From contig CAYNRJ010000001.1 of the NCBI GenBank assembly GCA_964399865.1, forward strand, positions 546,285 to 610,284: DNA of 64,000 nt, in the 5' to 3' direction. Below, piece by piece: positions 43,707 to 52,860 of this stretch. Every line of letters starts with the position of its first letter. Positions within the stretch are counted from its first letter, which is position 1. This DNA comes from an uncultured Candidatus Saccharibacteria bacterium (GTDB taxonomy: Bacteria; Patescibacteriota; Minisyncoccia; Phycocordibacterales; UBA2100). A program made the translations under genes and the position numbers. Under the pieces are notes generated by a model. It saw only the letters and a program-made list of their open reading frames with translations. It did not search any database and was not told the DNA's origin.

Positions 43707-44515
43707 AATATTTCGATGCTCATACCCACGTAAATTTCGTCGCGTACGACACGGATAGGGAGGAGGTGATTCAGCGCGCGAAGGACGCGGGTGTCATTAT
43801 GAATGTGGTGGGAACGCAGCAAGACACTTCTCGATCCGCAGTCGCCCTCGCTGAAAAATACGATCATCTATACGCGACGATCGGACTCCACCCAATACAT
43901 ACTTCTAAGTCGTATCACGACGTGAAGGAGCTCGGAGAGGGTGGAAAGGAGTTTACCTCTCGTGGCGAGGAGTTCGATATGGCTGCCTACGAGAAAATGG
44001 GACAGTCGCCGCGAGTAATTGCGATAGGAGAGTGCGGACTCGATTATTATCGCTCTGAGGAAAGCACGAAGGAAAAGCAAAAGAAGGCATTCATAGAACA
44101 TATCGAGCTTGCGAATAAACTGGAAAAGCCGCTCATGCTCCACATCAGGAATGCGTATGAGGACTCGCTCGAAATTCTAAAAGCTCATGCCAAAGTGAAA
44201 GGGGATGTACACTTTTTCGCCGGTAACTGGGAAACGGCGAAGAAATTCCTCGATTTTGGCTTCACTCTCTCATTTACAGGGGTAGTCACGTTTACTCATG
44301 ATTACGACGAGGTGGTAAAGAATGCACCTCTTGAAATGCTCCTGTCTGAGACGGATGCCCCATACATTACCCCTGTGCCGCACAGAGGAAAGCGCAATGA
44401 ATCTTCGTATATTCCTGAGATAGTGAAGGCGATCGCAGCTATTCGAGGGGAAGATTTCGAGACAGTGTCCGCTCAGCTCCTCCTAAACGCCCGCCGCGTT
44501 TTCGGCGTGGCTTAG
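43703..44515 (+). CDS. tatD: TatD-family metal-dependent DNase/hydrolase
   Basis: 270 aa; MKYFDAHTHVNF, IGECGLDYY, LHIRNA..., HFFAGN are the TatD motifs. Confidence 0.85.
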   Translation: MKYFDAHTHVNFVAYDTDREEVIQRAKDAGVIMNVVGTQQDTSRSAVALAEKYDHLYATIGLHPIHTSKSYHDVKELGEGGKEFTSRGEEFDMAAYEKMGQSPRVIAIGECGLDYYRSEESTKEKQKKAFIEHIELANKLEKPLMLHIRNAYEDSLEILKAHAKVKGDVHFFAGNWETAKKFLDFGFTLSFTGVVTFTHDYDEVVKNAPLEMLLSETDAPYITPVPHRGKRNESSYIPEIVKAIAAIRGEDFETVSAQLLLNARRVFGVA

Positions 44516-44569
44516 AGCCCCCGCCTGTTGCCTAATAGCCGTCTCCTGTGATAGAGTGCCCGCTACGTT

Positions 44570-45097
44570 ATGGTAGATGATATGACAATAACCCAAGAAG
44601 CTGACACGGAGGATGTCGGCGTCCCTCGTATTTACGAAGTCGGTTATCTCGTCATTCCAACTGTTAAAGAGGAAGAAATCGACAAAGTTGTCAGCGCAAT
44701 CCGCTCAGACATAGAAAAGGCAGGGGGAAGCTTCATTGCAGAAGGAGCACCTCTTTCCATGAAGCTCGCATACGACATCACTACCCGTGGTGGAGGCAAG
44801 AAAAACGTCTATGACCACGCTTTCTTTGGATGGATAAAGTTCGAAGCACCGATTTCCGTCGCAAAAGCACTGGAGCTTTCCCTCAATAAAAATCAGGACA
44901 TCCTTCGCTCGATCGTATTTCAAACCGTTCGTGAGGATACGCGTGCCAAGATGAAGGCTCCGACACTCCGTGAAGTTCGTCGCACCGATACGATCAAGGC
45001 CGCTACAACTCATCGCCCTGCTGCAGGCGCTGAGGATAAGGCACCAGTTTCTGAAGAGGACCTCGAGAAGGCTCTCAAAGACATCACAACTGAGTAA
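44570..45097 (+). CDS. rpsF: 30S ribosomal protein S6 with a C-terminal extension
   Basis: 175 aa; YEVGYLVIPTVKEEEIDKVVSAIRSDIEKAGGSFIAEGAPLSMKLAYDI is the S6 fold; first gene of rpsF-ssb-rpsR. Confidence 0.8.
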   Translation: MVDDMTITQEADTEDVGVPRIYEVGYLVIPTVKEEEIDKVVSAIRSDIEKAGGSFIAEGAPLSMKLAYDITTRGGGKKNVYDHAFFGWIKFEAPISVAKALELSLNKNQDILRSIVFQTVREDTRAKMKAPTLREVRRTDTIKAATTHRPAAGAEDKAPVSEEDLEKALKDITTE

Positions 45098-45121
45098 GGC
45101 GCTAGTGATACAATTGGGGGT

Positions 45122-45568
45122 ATGTATATCAACAAGGCAATGCTGTTCGGGAACCTGACACGCGATCCTGAATTGCGCGCACTCCCATCAGGTGTTAACG
45201 TATGCAACTTCTCCGTCGCAACGAACCGTGTCTATAAGGACAAGGACGGAAAGAAGCAGGAGCAGGCTGATTTCCACAATGTCGTTGTGTTCGGGAGACA
45301 GGCTGATATAGTCGCCCAGTATCTCAAGAAAGGCAGCTCGGTCTTTATTGAAGGCCGCATGCAGACGAGAAGCTGGGAGAAAGAAGGTCAGAAACAGTAC
45401 AGGACAGAAGTCATCGCGGATCGCGTTCAGTTTGGTCCGAAGGGTTCCGCTGGAGGTGGCCGCTCCTCAGGGCCTGAAGGCGGAGCGCAGGAGGATCAAG
45501 GTGGGGGAAGTGCGAGCGGGATCGACTATCCAAAAGACGAAATTAATCCAGACGACATACCATTTTAA
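45122..45568 (+). CDS. ssb: Single-stranded DNA-binding protein
   Basis: 148 aa; OB fold (NKAMLFGNLTRDPELR...FHNVVVFGRQAD), Gly-rich tail ending in the acidic DDIPF. Confidence 0.9.
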   Translation: MYINKAMLFGNLTRDPELRALPSGVNVCNFSVATNRVYKDKDGKKQEQADFHNVVVFGRQADIVAQYLKKGSSVFIEGRMQTRSWEKEGQKQYRTEVIADRVQFGPKGSAGGGRSSGPEGGAQEDQGGGSASGIDYPKDEINPDDIPF

Positions 45569-45585
45569 AAAACTTATTTATACCT

Positions 45586-45789
45586 ATGAGCACAAATAAC
45601 ATACTCACGCAGAACGACATTCAGCATGTGGACTACAAGGATGTAGACCTCCTGAAGCAGTTCGTTAACCCACACGGCCGCATCGTCGCTCGTAAGAGAA
45701 GCGGTCTCACTGCGCGCCAGCAGCGTGCGGTAGAAGCTGCCATAAAGAGGGCCCGCTTCATGGGACTCCTCCCATTCATCCAGAAATAA
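45586..45789 (+). CDS. rpsR: 30S ribosomal protein S18
   Basis: 67 aa; VDYKDVDLLKQFVNPHGRIVARKRSGLTARQQRAVEAAIKRARFMGLLPF is consensus S18. Confidence 0.88.
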   Translation: MSTNNILTQNDIQHVDYKDVDLLKQFVNPHGRIVARKRSGLTARQQRAVEAAIKRARFMGLLPFIQK

Positions 45790-45824
45790 AGAAAAGTCCC
45801 GGTTTACCGGGACTTTTCTTTATT
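45787..45824. terminator. Bidirectional rho-independent terminator between rpsR (+) and efp (-)
   Basis: AAAGTCCCGG-TTTA-CCGGGACTTT flanked by A-runs and T-runs on both sides. Confidence 0.75.
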
Positions 45825-45840
45825 GGGGAGAGAGGAAAAC

Positions 45841-46401
45841 CTATACTCGTTCTACGTATTCTCCTGTTTCCGTATTGATGCGGATCACATCGCCGAGCTC
45901 GACGAACATTGGGGCATCGATCGTAGCGCCAGTTTCTAGCGTGACGATCTTAGAGCCACCCTGCGCTGTATTGCCGCGGGTATTTGGTGGTGCCTCTGTC
46001 ACTTTCAATTCAACCTTAATAGGAAGTCTTACGCGAATTAGTTTTTCGTCGAACCAATCGGTAGTCACCTCAGTGTTGCTCTTCAAGAATCGTCCAGATT
46101 CTCCTACTGCCTCTTCGGTAAGAGAGAATCGCTCGCTCGGTTTTCCAACTGGATGGAACCACCATTCACCCTTTCTCTCGTATATGAAAATGGCTGGCTT
46201 TGATGTGATCTCTGCCTCTTTCAATTTGTCTGACTGCTGGAACGAGTGTTCGACGACGTTGCCGCGGATAAGGTGGCGAAGCTTGGTCTGATTGACCGGG
46301 CGACGCTGCTGCTTCTGCATGATGTTGTTCCATGTGCAGACGTACGGCTCGCCCTCGACGATAACAGCAACCCCTGGCTTGATTTCGTTATATGACAGCA
46401 T
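45841..46401 (-). CDS. efp: Elongation factor P
   Basis: Start at MLSYNEIKPGVAVIVEGEPYV; three OB/KOW-like domains; EF-P signatures (G..I....G.P). The track ORF extends to a GTG at 46440. Confidence 0.85.
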   Translation of the reverse strand: MLSYNEIKPGVAVIVEGEPYVCTWNNIMQKQQRRPVNQTKLRHLIRGNVVEHSFQQSDKLKEAEITSKPAIFIYERKGEWWFHPVGKPSERFSLTEEAVGESGRFLKSNTEVTTDWFDEKLIRVRLPIKVELKVTEAPPNTRGNTAQGGSKIVTLETGATIDAPMFVELGDVIRINTETGEYVERV

Positions 46402-46525
46402 ATTAGGCGCTATTCTATTCAATAATTGCACTTTGTCCACCGTGTGTATACTTCCCGGTATGGACCTCGTGAGCCCTTCGGCTCTGTATAGGGATTCCTA
46501 CCTTGCAGCCACCAGGGAACTAGAC

Positions 46526-46969
46526 ATGATGTCTACTCATCGTCACTTCGACATTGCACTCGCAGAAAGTGACTTCGAAGCGTTCGTTCGTGGGCTTCGC
46601 GAAAGAGCAGAAGGGAAGAATCTATACCCTGGGTATGTTCCAGAGACCATTTTCTGGCTCGTTGAGGGTAAGGAGTACATTGGGCGAATCAGTATTAGGC
46701 ATCGACTGAACGAAAGACTCCTCGCGATCGGAGGACACATTGGCTACGACATTCGTCCATCCATGCGACGCAAAGGATACGGCAAGAAAATACTAGAGCT
46801 CGGACTTATGAAGGCAAAGGAGCTTGGCATACACAACGTGCTTCTCACCTGTGATGTGACCAATATACCCTCTCGAAAAATAATCGAGACGAACGGGGGA
46901 GTGCTTGAGGATGAAGTTACGAATCCGGACGGCGGACCCGACAAATCAAGATTTTGGATCAGGATTTAA
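46526..46969 (+). CDS. GNAT family N-acetyltransferase
   Basis: About 147 aa from the ATG at 46526; GGHIGYDIRPSMRRKGYGKKILE is the acetyl-CoA-binding motif A. The upstream part of the track ORF is antisense to efp. Confidence 0.7.
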   Translation: MMSTHRHFDIALAESDFEAFVRGLRERAEGKNLYPGYVPETIFWLVEGKEYIGRISIRHRLNERLLAIGGHIGYDIRPSMRRKGYGKKILELGLMKAKELGIHNVLLTCDVTNIPSRKIIETNGGVLEDEVTNPDGGPDKSRFWIRI

Positions 46970-47211
46970 TTCCCGACGCGGCACACGGAGCAGTTCGCGC
47001 AGTCTTGTTTGATTGAAATCGCCAATACGCCGAGTACGAGCGCGGTCCACAAGTAGAGATCAGGTGCGAAAATAAAGAGAGGGGACTGCGTGATGACAGT
47101 TGCCCATGCAAGGATGAGACAGAGTGCGGATACTCCCCAGAGACCCTTCCACAGCCAGCATTTAAGAAGATGTTTTTTATTTGTTTTCACTGTCGTTGTC
47201 ATTGGTTCCAT
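46966..47211 (-). CDS. Hypothetical small membrane protein with a C-terminal CxxC
   Basis: 81 aa; two TM helices; ends ...QDCANCSVCRVGN. Confidence 0.35.
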   Translation of the reverse strand: MEPMTTTVKTNKKHLLKCWLWKGLWGVSALCLILAWATVITQSPLFIFAPDLYLWTALVLGVLAISIKQDCANCSVCRVGN

Positions 47212-47253
47212 AAAACTTTTTTATTTACTAATTAAGTAATAGATAGTGTAGCA

Positions 47254-48336
47254 CTACTTGGCCTCTTCGTTTTCCCCCTCGGATACTGTGCTTTTTGTAG
47301 GCGCAGAGCCTTCAGTAAGACCCTTCTTTACCTCCTTTAAAAGGGCGGCAAGGATGGGCTTATTCTCGTGGAGGAACGTTCGGGCGGCATCGTAGCCACG
47401 GCCTAGCTTATGTTCGCCATATTGGTAGGAGCCGCCTGAGGATTTTTCGACGATGCCATATTTTTCTCCGAGAGCGAGCGCTTCTCCTTCTTTTGAGATA
47501 CCTTCACCGTAGAGCATATCGAATTCTGTCTGGCGGAACGGAGCCGCGACTTTATTCTTTACGATCTTTACACGATGGCGTCCTCCCATTACCTCATCTC
47601 CTTTCTTAATCTGCGCCACGCGGCGAATATCGATGCGTACAGATGTGTAGAACTTGAGCGCCTTTCCACCGGGGGTGGTTTCAGGATTCCCGAACATGAC
47701 CCCTATCTGCATGCGGATCTGGTTGATGAATATGATGACGGTCTTCGTCTTAGAGACAATAGCAGTCAATTTACGGAGAGCTTGTGACATGAGGCGCGCT
47801 TGTTTTCCTACATGCTGCGCTCCCATATCGCCCTCGATCTCGTCTTTTGGAGTGAGTGCTGCGACGGAATCAACGACGATAACGTCTATCTTTCCACTTC
47901 GAACAAGTGATTCTACTATTTCAAGAGCCTGCTCGCCTGTGTCAGGCTGTGAGACGAGAAGATCCTCGATCTTTACCCCCAGCTTCTTTGCGTATTCTGG
48001 ATCCAGTGCGTGTTCTGCGTCTATATACGCACACACACCGCCCCTCTTCTGAGCTTCCGCAACAGAATGGAGAGAGAGGGTAGTCTTACCAGAAGATTCT
48101 GGTCCGAATATTTCAATGATGCGACCGCGGGGGAGTCCGCCTATGCCGAGCGCCCAATCTACACCGATAGAACCGGTGGGGATCGCGTTTACATCTACTT
48201 TCGGCTGTGCACCGAGCATCATGATGGATTCGTCTCCGAATTTTGTTTTTATGTCGGAGATCGCACGCTCAATGTCTTTATCTGTGCCTTTTCCTGTCTG
48301 TTTTGGTGCCGCCTTTTCTTTCTTGGTGAATCCCAT
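47254..48336 (-). CDS. recA: Recombinase RecA
   Basis: 360 aa; Walker [14 protein letters not shown]2 loop, near-consensus RecA throughout. Confidence 0.95.
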   Translation of the reverse strand: MGFTKKEKAAPKQTGKGTDKDIERAISDIKTKFGDESIMMLGAQPKVDVNAIPTGSIGVDWALGIGGLPRGRIIEIFGPESSGKTTLSLHSVAEAQKRGGVCAYIDAEHALDPEYAKKLGVKIEDLLVSQPDTGEQALEIVESLVRSGKIDVIVVDSVAALTPKDEIEGDMGAQHVGKQARLMSQALRKLTAIVSKTKTVIIFINQIRMQIGVMFGNPETTPGGKALKFYTSVRIDIRRVAQIKKGDEVMGGRHRVKIVKNKVAAPFRQTEFDMLYGEGISKEGEALALGEKYGIVEKSSGGSYQYGEHKLGRGYDAARTFLHENKPILAALLKEVKKGLTEGSAPTKSTVSEGENEEAK

Positions 48337-48380
48337 ACGGAATAAGTATTACTAAAGTGGTATCTAATAAGTATATCGTA

Positions 48381-48773
48381 TTACTCAGTCTCGGGGTCTG
48401 GGGTTTCGGGCGTGTTTTCTGGCACCTCTTTTGGTCTATAGACTATCTCCACCACTCGCTCAGTCGTTTTGCCATACCTATCTTCAGCGCGTAGCGTTAT
48501 GCGGTTATATCCGGGGGCGAGTGCGTACCCCTCCTCGAATGCTCCCGTCTCTGTGACCGCTATTTCCTTACCATTCATTGAAAGGGAAGTGATACGTTCT
48601 GCTGTCCCGCTTATCGTGATAAAGGATTCCGTGACCTCCATGACGCGAGGGGACACTTCTATTGATGGACCTCGGAGAAGGGCACGACCTTCGAAGAAGG
48701 CATACGCGAGGGCGATTAGGAAGAAGGCGATGAGGACGAAACGAATGACACGACTGTCACGGTAGGGCAGCAT
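48381..48773 (-). CDS. Hypothetical membrane-anchored protein with a beta-rich extracytoplasmic domain
   Basis: Start set at MLPYRDSRVIRFVLIAFFLIALAYAFF (M63 of the track ORF). The upstream K/R-rich part of the track ORF overlaps the ftsK 3' end and is probably not translated. Confidence 0.4.
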   Translation of the reverse strand: MLPYRDSRVIRFVLIAFFLIALAYAFFEGRALLRGPSIEVSPRVMEVTESFITISGTAERITSLSMNGKEIAVTETGAFEEGYALAPGYNRITLRAEDRYGKTTERVVEIVYRPKEVPENTPETPDPETE

Positions 48774-48834
48774 AGAGGTTAGGGGCGGTGGCTCACTATT
48801 CGAGTTTCCTTGGGGAGGGAGTTGGAGAGGAAAT

Positions 48835-51156
48835 TCATACGCGATCCTTTTCCGAAGCTTCTTCGTCAGCCATCTCCTCATCAGACTCTTCCTCTTCGAC
48901 AGGTTCACGTGCGAGTTCGTCTGCGTTTCCTTCACCGATGATGTCGCGTGGTTTTGCACCGTCAGCTGGACCGATCACACCTCTTTCTTCAAGGATATCC
49001 ATGAGTCGTGCTGCGCGCGCATACCCAACACCGAGCTTACGCTGTAGATACGATGTGGAAGCTTTACCGGCCTCCACGACGGTCTTTTTGGCTTCCGCGT
49101 ACAGTTCATCATCTTCCTCGCCATCTCCCATGGAAGAGAATATTGCGTCAACGGCCGTACCTCCTTTTGGCTCACTGAAATCGACTTCATCGGAGAGTTG
49201 TCCTTCTGCAGATTTGAGTATGTGGGCAACGACACGCTTCACTTCTGCTTCTGTCGTGTAAGGCGCTTGGATACGACGTGGCTTGGACATCTCTCCGGAG
49301 AGGAAGAGCATGTCACCTGCGCCAAGAAGTTTTTCTGCACCGCTTGTATCGAGGATCGTACGGGAATCAATCTGTGAGGACACCTGGAATGCCATACGGG
49401 CAGGGATGTTTGCTTTGATAAGGCCCGTGATCACTTTTACGGACGGACGCTGAGTCGAGAGAATGATGTGGATACCGACGGCACGGCTCATTTGGGCGAG
49501 GCGAACGATACTTGCCTCAAGCTCTCGTGGGTATGAAGACATGATATCGGCGAGCTCGTCGACGATGACGACGATGTAAGGCATTGCTTCAACTGGAGCG
49601 CCATTCTTGCCAGTAGGAGCCTCACCGTCCTCGGTAGCCTTTTTAAATGCGGGAGCAACAACGTTCTCGTGATATGACCCAATGTCGCGCACCTTTTCGA
49701 TTTCAAGAATGTTGTAACGTCTATCCATTTCCTTTGTGAGCCACTTCATTGCGAGGATGGCTTTCTTTGCGTCTGTAATGACAGGGGAGAGGAGGTGAGG
49801 AATCGAGTTGTATGCAGTAAGTTCGACGCGCTTTGGGTCCACCATGATGAATCGAAGACGTTCAGGTCCGCAGCGATAGAGAAGTGAAATGATGAGATCG
49901 TGTATTGCAACGCTCTTACCCGCACCGGTAGTTCCCGCGATAAGAAGGTGAGGCATGCGCGCGAGATCAGCGTAATGAGGGGCTCCAGTAATAGAGCGAC
50001 CAAGCGCAAGAAGAAGTGGTTTGTCGGATTGTACGAACGCTTCGTCCGACATGAGTGGCGCGAGTCCAAGCGTCGTTCTCGCGATGTTAGGTACTTCAAT
50101 GCCGACGAGTGATTTTCCAGGGATAGGCGCTTCAATGCGTACGGGCGAAGCGGCGAGCGCAAGCTCGAGGTTACTTTGCAGGGCTACTATTTTAGATAGG
50201 CGTACACCCTCGGCTGGTTTCATCGCATATCGTGTAACGGTCGGCCCGATCGATGCCTCATCCATCTCTACCTGAATACCGAAATTCTGGAACGTGCGCC
50301 TAATGATGTTCATGTTCGCCTTCACATCCCCTACCTCCGGTTTTCCTTTGTTCTTAGAAAGGAGTGTTACAGGAGGTGGTGTATAAGCATTACCTGTAGC
50401 AGTAACGAGAGGGAAGCCCTCCATACCGTCACCCGCCTTCTCTTTCGAGCCTCCACGTTTCTCGCCGAAAGTCTTTATAGTAGCTTTCTCTTCAGGTTCA
50501 GGATCTTCTTCGGAAACTTCCTCTTCCACCTCCGCATCCTCCGGAGTTTCTTCAGTGGTCTCAGAGTCCTCCTCTGGTAGACCAACGACAGGTACGTCTT
50601 CCTCCTCCACTTCCTCGCCCTCTTTCTTTTTAAATCGAAGTCGAAGGGCCGCGAAAATAGCATCAAGACGTATATCGAACGCAACTATAAGAGAGGCAAC
50701 TATAAAAGCTGTAAGAAAAATAACTGTCGCAACAGTATCAACAGCGGCGACTGCAGGGACCGAAATCGCGGCGCCTAGAACGCCACCTTTTCCAGGAAGA
50801 GCGAGGTTGACCAATCCGAGTGCAGATAGGAGAAAGACGCAGACACTCGCAAACTGCACCAAGCCAAAATGTTTCTCAAAAGAGCGCAGTCCTGCGATCC
50901 CAGAGAGAATAAGTGAGAGGGGAAGTAGCATGTAGCCGATTCCCAAGAACCACGATAGCTTCTCATACAAGAAGGCACCCACGGTCCCACCTACTCCGAA
51001 ATTGGCGAGAATAAGGAATCCTGCGAGCGCAAGAAAAAAGACGGCTGTGACGCCGCGTATTGCTTCCGGGCTAACTCGCGGCGAAGACTCTACGTCCTCT
51101 TCCTCATCGCGTTTCCTTTTTTTATCGTTCTTTTTCTTTCGCGCCATCTTCGACAT
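48835..51156 (-). CDS. ftsK: DNA translocase FtsK
   Basis: 773 aa; N-terminal TM helices, Glu-rich linker, motor domain with Walker A IAGTTGAGKSV, C-terminal gamma winged helix (YLQRKLGVGYARAARLMDILEERGVIGP). Confidence 0.9.
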   Translation of the reverse strand: MSKMARKKKNDKKRKRDEEEDVESSPRVSPEAIRGVTAVFFLALAGFLILANFGVGGTVGAFLYEKLSWFLGIGYMLLPLSLILSGIAGLRSFEKHFGLVQFASVCVFLLSALGLVNLALPGKGGVLGAAISVPAVAAVDTVATVIFLTAFIVASLIVAFDIRLDAIFAALRLRFKKKEGEEVEEEDVPVVGLPEEDSETTEETPEDAEVEEEVSEEDPEPEEKATIKTFGEKRGGSKEKAGDGMEGFPLVTATGNAYTPPPVTLLSKNKGKPEVGDVKANMNIIRRTFQNFGIQVEMDEASIGPTVTRYAMKPAEGVRLSKIVALQSNLELALAASPVRIEAPIPGKSLVGIEVPNIARTTLGLAPLMSDEAFVQSDKPLLLALGRSITGAPHYADLARMPHLLIAGTTGAGKSVAIHDLIISLLYRCGPERLRFIMVDPKRVELTAYNSIPHLLSPVITDAKKAILAMKWLTKEMDRRYNILEIEKVRDIGSYHENVVAPAFKKATEDGEAPTGKNGAPVEAMPYIVVIVDELADIMSSYPRELEASIVRLAQMSRAVGIHIILSTQRPSVKVITGLIKANIPARMAFQVSSQIDSRTILDTSGAEKLLGAGDMLFLSGEMSKPRRIQAPYTTEAEVKRVVAHILKSAEGQLSDEVDFSEPKGGTAVDAIFSSMGDGEEDDELYAEAKKTVVEAGKASTSYLQRKLGVGYARAARLMDILEERGVIGPADGAKPRDIIGEGNADELAREPVEEEESDEEMADEEASEKDRV

Positions 51157-51370
51157 GATATCACCCTCAATACGCGCGTCTGATTTTTTGCCTGTGACTC
51201 GTTAGCGCACATATAAGAGACAGCGCTGAATTTGAATAATTTGGCAAAAGTGAAAACTAGGAATACTATTCCTATCGAACACGCACTTATTGCGCTTTCA
51301 CCTGTCCTTTATAGACTAAATCGATTGGATCTATATATTGGACGACTAATGGACATATACAGTAAATATT

Positions 51371-52168
51371 ATGGACAGCGGAAAGGACATACAAAAAGTA
51401 GATTATTTGGCTAAAGTGCTAGATAGCTATTTAGTACGGACAAATCCATTTGGCAGAAGCGCATCGGGCGAGCGAGCCTATCGACGGGCGGAGCGCGTGG
51501 TAGCTGCCTTACATATACTGACTAATCACATATCGGTCGCGGAGCCTTCAAGAGTTCACGTACGGAGGACTGGAATTGAGCTCCTCTCGAATGTTTTGGC
51601 GCTTCGTGACGAGATGCGATCCCAATCGTCGTCTGTGTTCCAGGTAATACAATCTTCGATTCGCGAGCTTATATCTTTGGTACGAATACTTTCGGTCTCA
51701 GGTCATGTCTCCCTGCAGAATGCGAATATCATAATTGAGGCAGTGGATGAGCTCGGCACGTTTCTCATTGCATCACAAAGATCGTCTTTATCTGAGAGTA
51801 TCCTCTTTTCAAAAGAGGATCTTATGGGCGCACAGGAACTAGCGCGTATTTCAACTGGGGAGATTTCTCTAACGGACAGTTTTAGAAAGATGTCCGATAG
51901 AAATGAGACTAGGAATGAATCGAAAATGAGTCAAAAGGACACGGATAGGACAATTACTTCAGCTTCAGCGAATCGCGACGCGGACATAAGATCTCAAGCA
52001 ATAATTGGTATTCTTAAGTCCCAGGGTGTTTTGGGCATAAAGGACATATCCTCCAATTTGCCTGAATACAGTGAAAAAATGATTCAGCGCGAACTGGCTC
52101 AGCTAGTAACTTCGGGACGGATCAAAAAGACTGGCCTTAAGCGTTGGAGTAGATACGAATTGATATAG
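51371..52168 (+). CDS. Hypothetical protein with a C-terminal winged-helix DNA-binding domain
   Basis: 265 aa; C-terminal IGILKSQGVLGIKDISSNLPEYSEKMIQRELAQLVTSGRIKKTGLKRWSRYEL looks like a wHTH; the N-terminal helical domain is unassigned. Lies in a lower-GC region. Confidence 0.5.
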   Translation: MDSGKDIQKVDYLAKVLDSYLVRTNPFGRSASGERAYRRAERVVAALHILTNHISVAEPSRVHVRRTGIELLSNVLALRDEMRSQSSSVFQVIQSSIRELISLVRILSVSGHVSLQNANIIIEAVDELGTFLIASQRSSLSESILFSKEDLMGAQELARISTGEISLTDSFRKMSDRNETRNESKMSQKDTDRTITSASANRDADIRSQAIIGILKSQGVLGIKDISSNLPEYSEKMIQRELAQLVTSGRIKKTGLKRWSRYELI

Positions 52169-52860
52169 ATTCAATATATAGATGTGTGGGGACTGTATGA
52201 AAATTGACTGAATGGGATAACAGTCGTGCAGTATAATTGGCCCATATTTGGGGAAAGATTCTATTAGTACACGCGTCATCGGTATTGACTCCCCTTATGA
52301 GGGGAGGTAGTGTATCACCCGTAACTTGTTAAGCAGGAAAGCCCCGTTTGGGCCTTTTTTGCGCACAAGTTATCCACAAAACAGAGACGTGTGGGCGGCC
52401 TTCAATGTGCCCTGCTGATATATAATTGTGCGGATGTTGTCAGAAATGACACATCAGTAAAGCAGGGGACGGCGTCGCGCTGTTCTCTGTGCAGTTCGTT
52501 GACATTTAAATAGTGAAAGCAAATTACAGATGTGGGTTCTATGAACCCGCGTCAAAACTCATTCCAGAAAATTCTGAGATTTTTCGGTCGCGATAGAAAT
52601 TCCGAATGACAGAATCCCATCTCACTGCTAACCCCCGCGTCTTCTGCAACTTATTTAAAAATAAGCGGGAACGTAGGGCTAGCAAAATTAGGGCACGATT
52701 GCTTCGGCAAGCCAGGCCCGAAATTATTAGTTTTCCAACTGCACACATTTAATAATGTAGTTGGGAACACAAACGTTCACATGCTCCCGTCGAAAGAACA
52801 TGTGTACGGGCTGATCTACTTTTATTGGAGATTAGTCACAAAGGTCAAATAACTAAAACT
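52169..52860 (+). promoter_or_regulatory. Approximately 690-nt AT-rich noncoding leader upstream of the giant surface-protein gene, with several promoter-like hexamers and nested inverted repeats
   Basis: No ORF longer than 70 aa. Elements read directly: TTGACT-17-TAGTGT near 52295, TTGACA near 52499, TGTCA-gaaa-TGACA and CCCTGC...GCAGGG nested repeats near 52400-52470, GGGTTC-tat-GAACCC near 52536. Confidence 0.35.
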